Shown piece by piece: positions 8,019-15,525 of a DNA stretch of 32,000 bases. Source of the stretch: Dickeya dadantii NCPPB 898 (lineage in GTDB: Bacteria; Pseudomonadota; Gammaproteobacteria; Enterobacterales; Enterobacteriaceae); contig NZ_CM001976.1 of NCBI RefSeq assembly GCF_000406145.1, forward strand, positions 103,186 through 135,185, read 5' to 3'. Under the pieces are notes generated by a model. That model saw nothing but the letters and a program-made list of their open reading frames with translations. It searched no databases and was not told where the DNA came from. Each line of letters opens with the position of its first letter. Within the stretch, counting starts at the first letter, position 1. The translations under genes were made by a program, and so were the position numbers.

Positions 8019-8927
8019 ATGACAATAAAAGACCAGTTGCTGGCGTTATGCGTGGTGGTGGTGTGGGGCGTTAATTTTGTGGTGATGAAAATCGGCCTGC
8101 ATGATATGCCGCCCTTTCTGCTGGCCGGGCTGCGTTTTTTGCTGGTGGCGCTGCCTGCCGTCTTGCTGGTGCCGCGCCCGGCGTTGCCGCTGCGCTGGCT
8201 GGCGGCCTATGGCATGACCATCAGTTTCGGGCAATTTGCCTTTCTGTTCTGCGCCATCAAAATGGGAATGCCGGTGGGCATGGCGTCGCTGGTGATCCAG
8301 TCGCAGGCGTTTTTTACCCTGATGCTGGGCGCATGGTGGCTGGGCGAACGGCTACAGTGGAATCAATGGCTGGGGATTCTGGTGGCGGCGCTGGGCATGG
8401 TGGTGCTGGCCGAGAGCAATGCGGCGAACGCGTCGCTGCCGGGCATGACGCTGACCACGCTGTTGCTGACGCTGGCGGCGGCGGCATCCTGGGCCTGCGG
8501 TAATATCTGCAACAAGCAGATCATGCGTCACCACCCGGTGAACGCCATGTCGCTGGTGGTCTGGAGCGCCTTGATCCCGGTTGGTCCGTTCCTGCTGTGT
8601 TCCTGGTTGTTTGAAGGCGCAGACACGATAGTCGCCAGCCTGACGTCCATTCGTTTACCTACCGTACTGGCATTAATGTATCTGTCGTTTATTTCCACCC
8701 TGATCGGTTACGCCATCTGGGGCAACCTGCTGGCGCGTTATGAAACCTGGCGGGTGGCGCCGTTGTCGCTGTTGGTGCCGGTGGTCGGTATCCTGAGCGC
8801 GGCGCTGTTGCTGGGCGAACATCTGTCGACCGGGCAGTTGCTGGGAGCGCTGTTAGTCATGCTGGGGTTGCTGGTCAATGTGTTTGGCGCACGGTTATGG
8901 CCGTTGCGGTCGGCGCGTCAGCCCTGA
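8019..8927 (+). CDS. eamA: EamA-type DMT-superfamily exporter (O-acetylserine/cysteine exporter-like)
   Basis: 302 aa with about 10 hydrophobic helices. It is collinear along its whole length with my recollection of E. coli EamA/YdeD (LALCVVVVWGVNFVVMKIGLHDMPP..., RYETWRVAPLSLLVPVVG...). AGGA lies upstream of the ATG. It is divergent from the YafY-type gene. Confidence 0.8.
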   Translation: MTIKDQLLALCVVVVWGVNFVVMKIGLHDMPPFLLAGLRFLLVALPAVLLVPRPALPLRWLAAYGMTISFGQFAFLFCAIKMGMPVGMASLVIQSQAFFTLMLGAWWLGERLQWNQWLGILVAALGMVVLAESNAANASLPGMTLTTLLLTLAAAASWACGNICNKQIMRHHPVNAMSLVVWSALIPVGPFLLCSWLFEGADTIVASLTSIRLPTVLALMYLSFISTLIGYAIWGNLLARYETWRVAPLSLLVPVVGILSAALLLGEHLSTGQLLGALLVMLGLLVNVFGARLWPLRSARQP

Positions 8928-8938
8928 TTCTGGTGGTA

Positions 8939-8958
8939 AAGGCCGGGGAACCGGCCTT
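8939..8958 (+). terminator. Weak terminator-like hairpin after eamA
   Basis: 8-bp stem AAGGCCGG / CCGGCCTT with loop ggaa, 12 nt after the stop. The tail ATCTCGTT is only weakly T-rich. Confidence 0.35.
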
Positions 8959-9390
8959 ATCTCGTTATGAGGCATAAATGTTGGCCGGCGCAGAGACCTG
9001 GCAAAAGCAGAGGCGGATAACATGGAAGAATAGGTTTACCGTGATTATTTAATTTATTTTAACAAATTGGTGAATATTTAATCATGGATTTCAGGTGAGC
9101 ACTACGCTATCTTCTCGTTGGTCTATTTATCATCCGATGTCAATCCATTAATTTCCTCTGTGATTACCCGCAGGTTAACTATCTACGGAGTGAAATTTCA
9201 GTCGGGTGGATTATGTTTTTTCAAGCAGTTAGCGAGAGGGAATTTTACTTACGGACTATTCGTTTATTTTTCCGAGGTAATTTACCTTCATCACAAATAT
9301 CGGTATAAGACTAATCCTAAAAGATTGTTTTTTGCGCTGTTTCCCAGCGCTATATTCGCCGTCACCCTTTCCCAGGGAAATGTCAGTTAG

Positions 9391-9999
9391 ATGAAAAGTT
9401 ATGATGATATGCAGCGCTTTAAGGACAAAGCCCAGATAAAAGATATTAATTTCATGGACATGTCCGGCCAGGTATTGCAATCTGAAACCGTAGTCTGGCC
9501 CATTATGAAACAGCTGTTGCGCAATCAGACTGGTGACGACACGCTATCTGGCGCGCAACCGGTGAGCATCGCACAGCCTGTGCCGGTGAGCCAGCACGTC
9601 TTGTCCGCGCCCGCGTCGCCCCGCCGCGTAACACCATCATCTAGCCTGAACGTGAACGCTGACCCTTCCGGGAGCAATCAGCATTCCCTGTTTAACGCGA
9701 TTGCCGCATCGCTGCCGCCTGCTGAGTCGGTGTCGGCGCCCGCACCGCAACCGATAGCGCCGCCGACGCCGGTATCTCAGCCGCAACCGGCAGCCCTGAC
9801 GATAGAGACGGTGCCGCCTGCAACGGTGCGCCCGCATCCGCTGGCGTCTGCCCCGGCGGTGAGCGAGGCGAGCGCTGCGTCATCAGAAGCCGGCCGGTTC
9901 CACCTGTTATTCAGTCGCCATCGCCATGATGAAATCCATTCGGTATCCAAAACCATGTTGTTGAAACCCTTGCTGGAGAAAATTGCATTATGCCGTTAG
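9391..9999 (+). CDS. bcsO: Proline-rich cellulose-biosynthesis accessory protein (BcsO-like), first gene of the bcs operon
   Basis: 202 aa. Residues ~50-165 are Pro/Ala/Ser/Val-rich low complexity, flanked by ordinary N- and C-terminal segments. The stop overlaps the bcsQ start by 10 nt. The name follows the Romling and Galperin bcs nomenclature as I remember it (Pro-rich ~200-aa protein upstream of bcsQ) and was not verified by search. Confidence 0.55.
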   Translation: MKSYDDMQRFKDKAQIKDINFMDMSGQVLQSETVVWPIMKQLLRNQTGDDTLSGAQPVSIAQPVPVSQHVLSAPASPRRVTPSSSLNVNADPSGSNQHSLFNAIAASLPPAESVSAPAPQPIAPPTPVSQPQPAALTIETVPPATVRPHPLASAPAVSEASAASSEAGRFHLLFSRHRHDEIHSVSKTMLLKPLLEKIALCR

Positions 10000-10805
10000 T
10001 TTGTGTTTGTTCTCCGAAAGGTGGCGTCGGCAAAACCACCATGGCGGCTAATCTGGCATATGCGCTGGCTCGTGGCGGCAGCAAGGTGCTGGCGATTGAT
10101 TTTGATATGCAGAACGCCCTGCGCCTGCATTTTGGCGTACCGCTCGGCGATGAGCGCGGTTATGTCGCCAAATCCGGCGAAACGGCCGACTGGAGCCAGT
10201 CCATCCTGACTACCGACGATAACATTTTCGTGCTGCCCTACGGCAACGTCACCGAAGATCAACGATTGGCGTTTGAGCATAATCTGGCCAGCGATCCGCT
10301 GTTTCTTAAGCGTGGCCTTAGCACGGTGATGAACTACCCGGGATTGGTGATCGTGGCGGATTTTCCGCCCGGACCGAGTCCGGCGCTGAAAGCCATGACC
10401 GACCTGGCCGATTTGCATCTGGTGGTGATGATGGCGGATACCGCTTCCCTATCTCTGATGCCGCACATTGAAGGCAACAAGCTGACCGGTCAGGCACTCA
10501 ATCGCCGCAAAGGTTCTTACCTGTTGCTGAATCAGACGGATAACCGCCGTGCAATCAGCAGCCAGGTTTCGTCGTTTGTTCAGCAGCGTATGCCGGACAA
10601 ACTGATTGGCAGCGTACACCGTGACGAGAGTGTCGCTGAAGCCAACGCCTCCCAACGCTCCATTTTTGATTTCAGCCCGGTTTCCGCCGCTGCGTTTGAT
10701 ATTGAACTGATCGGAAAACGCGTCGCGGCGCTGCTGGATATCAGAATTGGCAACGGAGAAGTTCACGCCGAGTTTCCAGCTTATCAGGCTGTTCCGGCCA
10801 GCTAA
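9990..10805 (+). CDS. bcsQ: Cellulose synthase operon MinD/ParA-family ATPase BcsQ (YhjQ)
   Basis: 271 aa with a deviant Walker A at the N-terminus (VCVCSPKGGVGKTTMAANLAYALA) and ParA/MinD-like architecture. It sits directly upstream of bcsA. The reading frame is intact. Confidence 0.9.
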   Translation: MPLVCVCSPKGGVGKTTMAANLAYALARGGSKVLAIDFDMQNALRLHFGVPLGDERGYVAKSGETADWSQSILTTDDNIFVLPYGNVTEDQRLAFEHNLASDPLFLKRGLSTVMNYPGLVIVADFPPGPSPALKAMTDLADLHLVVMMADTASLSLMPHIEGNKLTGQALNRRKGSYLLLNQTDNRRAISSQVSSFVQQRMPDKLIGSVHRDESVAEANASQRSIFDFSPVSAAAFDIELIGKRVAALLDIRIGNGEVHAEFPAYQAVPAS

Positions 10806-10913
10806 GCGCCGGTCAGTCTCAACCCGTACGAAATTGACATTTTCTGGCTGGTTTTTTCAGCGCAAGGCATGCTCGCGCGGACATTTTCTATCCATTAAAT
10901 ATCAGGATAATCG

Positions 10914-13004
10914 ATGAAAAAAATCCTGTTTTTAACGTTGTTGTTGTTATTGCTACCGGTTGCGGCGGTGATTGTCATCACCCCGATGGACAGTGAAAAA
11001 CAATATATATTCGGTCTGATCAGCCTGGCGCTGATGTTTTTGCTGGGGCTGAGCAAGCGTCGACAAGTAACGATCATACTGATTGTTTTGTCGGTATTGA
11101 CCTCGACGCGTTATATATACTGGCGAGCAACGGAAACCCTGCATTTCAATTCTGAAATTGAAGCTATTCTTGGCATTGGGTTGTTTATCGCCGAGTTATA
11201 TGTCTGGGTGATTTTGATATTGGGCTTTCTCCAGACCGCCTGGCCGCTGGAGCGTGTTATTGAGCCGATGCCGGAAGACACCGGGCTATGGCCGACGGTG
11301 GATGTGTATATCCCCACCTATAACGAAAGCCTGGATGTGGTGCGCGATACGGTGCTGGCCGCGCAGTGCATCGACTACCCGCGCGACAAAATGAAAATCT
11401 ACCTGCTGGATGACGGCAGGCGCAGCGAGTTTGCCGTGTTTGCCTCACAGGCCGGCGTCGGCTATATCACCCGCGATAACAACGCGCACGCCAAGGCCGG
11501 TAACCTCAACCACGCGCTCAAGCTGACGCAGGGCGATCTGATCTGCGTGTTTGACTGCGACCACGTCGCCAAGCGCATCTTCCTGCAGGCTACGGTTGGC
11601 CCGTTCCTGTCGGATCCGAAGCTGGCGTTGCTGCAGACCCCGCACTACTTCTACTCGCCGGACCCGTTTGAGCGCAACCTGCGCGCGGCGCGCGACATGC
11701 CGAACGAAGGCGCGCTGTTTTACGGGCCGGTGCAACAGGGCAATGACCTGTGGAACGCCGCCTTTTTCTGCGGCTCCTGCGCGGTGATTCGCCGTGCGGC
11801 GCTGGATGAGATCGGCGGTTTTGCGGTAGAAACGGTGACGGAAGACGCGCACACCGCCATCAAGATGCAGCGCAAAGGCTGGAAATCCGCCTTCCTGTCG
11901 ATTCCGCTGGCGGCGGGCCTGGCGACCGAACGGCTGGTGCTGCATGTGATTCAGCGTACCCGCTGGGCGCGCGGCATGACGCAGATTTTCCGGGTTGATA
12001 ACCCGCTGCTGGGGCGCGGGCTGACCTGGCAGCAGCGGTTGTGCTACCTCAACGCCATGCTGCATTTCCAGTTCGGCCTGCCGCGCGTGGTGTTCCTGAC
12101 CGCGCCGCTGGCCTACCTGCTGTTCAACCTCAATATCATTCATGCCTCGGCGGCGATGATCTTTGCCTATGCGCTGCCGCATCTGGTGGTGTCGATGTAC
12201 CTCAACTCGCGCATGAACGGGCGTTTCCGCTACAGCTTCTGGGGCGAGATTTACGAAACGGTGATGGCGTTCCATCTGGTGATCCCGACGCTGGTCACCC
12301 TGTTTTCGCCGACGCGCGGCAAGTTCAACGTGACCGATAAAGGCGGCCTGCTGGACGAAGGCTTTTTTGATTTCCGCATCGTGCGGCCGCACATCGTTGC
12401 CGCAATTTTGCTGGGAGCGGGCGTTCTGGCCGGCATTACCCGCATCGTGGCGCATGATTATTTCAACGTTGACCCCTATGTGATAGTGCTGAACGTGGTG
12501 TGGGCATTGCTCAGTTTGCTGACCCTGCTGGCGGCGATTGCCGTGGCGCGGGAAACCAAACAAGTGCGCAAAACCATCCGCGTCGATGTGGATGTGCCTG
12601 CCATCATCCATTACGCCAGCGGCATCGCGTCCCGCGCCACCACCATCAACCTGTCGATGGGTGGGGTGCAGCTCAAAGCGCCGGATCAGCGTCATAAAAG
12701 CGATGAGATTGAAGCCGTTGAGCTGTTGCTGCAATCCAGCGAAATCTGCCTGCCGGTGCAGTTGGTGGCGGCGGATGACGACATTATTCGCCTGCAATTC
12801 GTCGATATTCCGCTGGCCCAGCGTCGGGCGCTGGTGCGGGTGGTGCTGTCGCGCGCGGATGCCTGGATGAATCCGCCGTGGCCGCAGGACCGCCCCTTGC
12901 GTTCGCTGTGGGCGGTGGTGCGCACCGTTTGCGCGTTCTTCTGGATGAGTTTGCGAGGCCGCGGCAGGAAAGCGGACCTGAAGAAAGAGGACGTCGCCGC
13001 ATGA
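10914..13004 (+). CDS. bcsA: Cellulose synthase catalytic subunit BcsA (GT2 domain plus C-terminal PilZ domain)
   Basis: 696 aa. GT2 motifs: LLDDG (aa 164-168), FDCDH (aa 213-217), FFCGS (284-288), TED (309-311), QRTRW (347-351, nt 11952-11966). PilZ motifs: RKTIR (552-556) and NLSMGG (579-584). Several transmembrane helices are present. Confidence 0.96.
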   Translation: MKKILFLTLLLLLLPVAAVIVITPMDSEKQYIFGLISLALMFLLGLSKRRQVTIILIVLSVLTSTRYIYWRATETLHFNSEIEAILGIGLFIAELYVWVILILGFLQTAWPLERVIEPMPEDTGLWPTVDVYIPTYNESLDVVRDTVLAAQCIDYPRDKMKIYLLDDGRRSEFAVFASQAGVGYITRDNNAHAKAGNLNHALKLTQGDLICVFDCDHVAKRIFLQATVGPFLSDPKLALLQTPHYFYSPDPFERNLRAARDMPNEGALFYGPVQQGNDLWNAAFFCGSCAVIRRAALDEIGGFAVETVTEDAHTAIKMQRKGWKSAFLSIPLAAGLATERLVLHVIQRTRWARGMTQIFRVDNPLLGRGLTWQQRLCYLNAMLHFQFGLPRVVFLTAPLAYLLFNLNIIHASAAMIFAYALPHLVVSMYLNSRMNGRFRYSFWGEIYETVMAFHLVIPTLVTLFSPTRGKFNVTDKGGLLDEGFFDFRIVRPHIVAAILLGAGVLAGITRIVAHDYFNVDPYVIVLNVVWALLSLLTLLAAIAVARETKQVRKTIRVDVDVPAIIHYASGIASRATTINLSMGGVQLKAPDQRHKSDEIEAVELLLQSSEICLPVQLVAADDDIIRLQFVDIPLAQRRALVRVVLSRADAWMNPPWPQDRPLRSLWAVVRTVCAFFWMSLRGRGRKADLKKEDVAA

Positions 13005-15514
13005 TGACGCCACGTTTTATGAAAGCGCTGTTGTCCCTGTGCGTGGGCAGCGTGCTGACACTGGGCGGCAACGGGGCGCTGGCCGCCGGCGATGCGGCGG
13101 ATGAGCCGCTGCCCGCCATGCTTAGCCCCGGCGGCGGCAATCCGCAGCCTGCGGCGACCGAGCCTGCGCCCGTCACCGATTCCGCTCCGGCTTTGGCTCC
13201 AGCTCCTGCGACGGCGTTACCGACGATGCCGCCGATAACGTCGCCGCTGATTTCCCCCGAGATGCCGTCTGCGGATGCTCCGCCGCCACCGTCGCTGACG
13301 ACGCCTTCCATGCTGTTGCCGGCGCCCGTCGGCGATCAGACGGCGGCGGGCTACCAGCCGCTGTCCAGCAGCGTCTCCGTGGCGCAGATGGGGCAAACGC
13401 ATGGGATTACGCTGGCGGGCGGCCAGGCGCAGGCTGGGGTGATTTTTACCCTGCCAGGCGATCAGGTAGTGACCAACGCGCGTCTGGATCTGGCGCTACG
13501 GGTGTCGCCCGAACTGGCGGCGCTCAATACGTCGATGCAACTGATGCTGAACGGCCAGCCGCTGGGCACCGTGCCGCTGAACGCCGCCACCGGCGACAGC
13601 ACCCTTTTTCAACTGGATATTCCCGCCGCGATGGTGGTGTCCAGCAACAACCTGAGCTTTCGTATCAATGACGCCGATCGCCTGCTGTGCGAACGCGACA
13701 GCGCGACCCGTTACAACCTGACCATTCTGCCGACCACCACCCTGAATCTGGAAGGTCAGCAACTTGATATCGGCACCCGACTGGAGAATTTCCCGCGTCC
13801 GTTTATCGACCCGCTGCAGATGACGCCCGCCACCGTACCGATGGTATTCCCGGCCGACGTCACCCCCGAGCAGGTCGGCGCGGCATCGCTGGTGGCTTCC
13901 TGGCTGGGGATGCGCATGGACGGCTACGGCGTGACGTTCCCGGTGATACGCGATGCGTTGCCGGAAAAGAGCGGCATGGTGTTTGGCCGCCCGGGAGACA
14001 AAGTGGGCACGCTGACGCTGCCGGAGGTCGCCGGTCCTACGCTGCAATTGATCGATAACCCGGTGAACCCGGTTTATAAGCTGATGCTGGTGGTGGGCAA
14101 GGACGACGAGCAGTTGCGGCAGGCGGCGTACCGTCTGGTCAGCCAACCATTGACGGGCGATGCCTCGACCCTGTCGGTGGCGCCGCAGACCATACCGTTC
14201 CGCCGCGCCTATGACGCGCCGCGCTGGATCAGCACCGACCGGCCGGTACGGCTGAGCGAACTGTTGCGCAACGATCAAAGCATGACGGTCAGCGGACTCT
14301 GGCATGAGGCGTTGCGCATCAATTTCCGCGCCGCGCCGGATTTGTTCCTGTGGGACGGCGACACCATTCCGGTGAAAGTCGACTACCGTTTCCCGTCGGA
14401 AAGCTGGATTGACGAAAGCCGTTCTTACCTGAACGTGATGCTCAACGGCACTTTCCTGCGCAACCTGACGGTGAACAAAGTCGGCGTGTTGCAGCAACTG
14501 TGGCGTGAAATGGGCGGCGATACCCGTCAGGAAAACTATACGCTGAAGGTCGATCCGTATCTGATTTACGGCTACAACCAGTTCCAGCTCTATTTCAATA
14601 TTCGCGCTAAAGATGATGCGCCGTGCAGCGTGCTGCTCAACAACAACATCAAGAGCCAGATTGCCGACAGCGCGTCGATCGATCTGAGCCGGACGCGCCA
14701 TTTCACGTTGTTGCCGAATCTCTCCTATTTTGTCGGCGTGGCGTTCCCGTTCACCCGTCAGGCGGATTACGCCCAGACGGTGATGCTGCTGCCGGAAAAA
14801 CCCACCAACGCCGAAATCGGCCTGTTGCTGGATCTGGCCGGCCGCGCCAGCGACGCCACCGGCGTGAGCCTCAATCACAACCGTGTGATGTTCGGCCTGC
14901 CGACCAACGCGGCGGATCGCCAGAAGCTCGAAAACAGCGACGTGTTGGCGGTCACCACGCTGCCGCAGGCCGCGTTCAATCAGCACCTGTTGTCTGGTTC
15001 GCCCTACACGGTTAACGACCGCACCTTCGGCGTTAAAGAACCGGGCGCGTGGGAGCGCGCGCGAACCCTGTTGACCGGTGACTGGGACCGCACGCCGCTG
15101 GATGCGGACCGCTATTTCTCGTCCAACGAAGCCTGGCGCGGTTTTCTCAGCTACCGGTCGCCGTGGAACCCCGAGCGTGTGGTGGTGGTCGCCACCGGCA
15201 GCGGCGACGAACAGTTACTGCGGTTGTATGACGATCTGAACTCGCCGAACATCAACGCCGCGGTGCGGGGCGATACCGCCATCATCACCGATGAAAACGG
15301 CGTGCGCAGCTTCCGGGTCGGGCCGCAGTTCCCCAGCGGCGAAATGCCCTGGTACATGATGATTGTCTGGTACGCCAATCAGCACTCGGTGTTGCTGGCG
15401 CTGGCGGCGTTGCTGCTGGCGGCGGCCGTGGGGCTGAGCCTGGCATCGATCCTCCGGCGGCTGGCGGAGAAAAGGCTGTCGACCCGACGTGACGCGGGTT
15501 CAGATAAAAAATAA
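13001..15514 (+). CDS. bcsB: Cellulose synthase periplasmic subunit BcsB
   Basis: I chose the start at ATG 13001 (MMTPRFMKALLSLCVGSVLTLGG..., a signal peptide), which overlaps the bcsA stop (ATGA). The ORF-track start at 12878 lies inside bcsA. 837 aa, with a C-terminal membrane anchor (MMIVWYANQHSVLLALAALLLAAAVGL) as in BcsB proteins. Confidence 0.92.
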   Translation: MMTPRFMKALLSLCVGSVLTLGGNGALAAGDAADEPLPAMLSPGGGNPQPAATEPAPVTDSAPALAPAPATALPTMPPITSPLISPEMPSADAPPPPSLTTPSMLLPAPVGDQTAAGYQPLSSSVSVAQMGQTHGITLAGGQAQAGVIFTLPGDQVVTNARLDLALRVSPELAALNTSMQLMLNGQPLGTVPLNAATGDSTLFQLDIPAAMVVSSNNLSFRINDADRLLCERDSATRYNLTILPTTTLNLEGQQLDIGTRLENFPRPFIDPLQMTPATVPMVFPADVTPEQVGAASLVASWLGMRMDGYGVTFPVIRDALPEKSGMVFGRPGDKVGTLTLPEVAGPTLQLIDNPVNPVYKLMLVVGKDDEQLRQAAYRLVSQPLTGDASTLSVAPQTIPFRRAYDAPRWISTDRPVRLSELLRNDQSMTVSGLWHEALRINFRAAPDLFLWDGDTIPVKVDYRFPSESWIDESRSYLNVMLNGTFLRNLTVNKVGVLQQLWREMGGDTRQENYTLKVDPYLIYGYNQFQLYFNIRAKDDAPCSVLLNNNIKSQIADSASIDLSRTRHFTLLPNLSYFVGVAFPFTRQADYAQTVMLLPEKPTNAEIGLLLDLAGRASDATGVSLNHNRVMFGLPTNAADRQKLENSDVLAVTTLPQAAFNQHLLSGSPYTVNDRTFGVKEPGAWERARTLLTGDWDRTPLDADRYFSSNEAWRGFLSYRSPWNPERVVVVATGSGDEQLLRLYDDLNSPNINAAVRGDTAIITDENGVRSFRVGPQFPSGEMPWYMMIVWYANQHSVLLALAALLLAAAVGLSLASILRRLAEKRLSTRRDAGSDKK

Positions 15515-15525
15515 GCGAGCCACCT

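Noticed and set aside
9118-9390. 90-codon ORF in the AT-rich region, ending exactly one nucleotide before the bcsO-like ATG (TAG|ATG).
   Set aside because: It starts with TTG, has no internal ATG and no ribosome-binding site. Its composition and codon usage follow the AT-rich non-coding region, and I recognise no similarity to small Bcs proteins (BcsR, BcsF). The abutting stop and start are probably coincidental, but Ribo-seq could revisit this.
8960-9390. Possible c-di-GMP riboswitch or other riboswitch in the bcs leader.
   Set aside because: The region is AT-rich and lacks the GC-rich paired helices and conserved GNRA tetraloop/receptor features of GEMM-type RNAs. I could find no convincing helices.
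11445-13013. 522-codon minus-strand ORF antisense to bcsA. Similar long antisense ORFs occur at 13496-14986 (antisense to bcsB) and 15637-17256 (antisense to bcsC).
   Set aside because: They lie entirely inside well-supported genes with clear family motifs on the other strand. Their translations are Arg/His/Gln/Gly-rich with no recognisable domains, which is typical of stop-poor antisense frames in GC-rich coding DNA.
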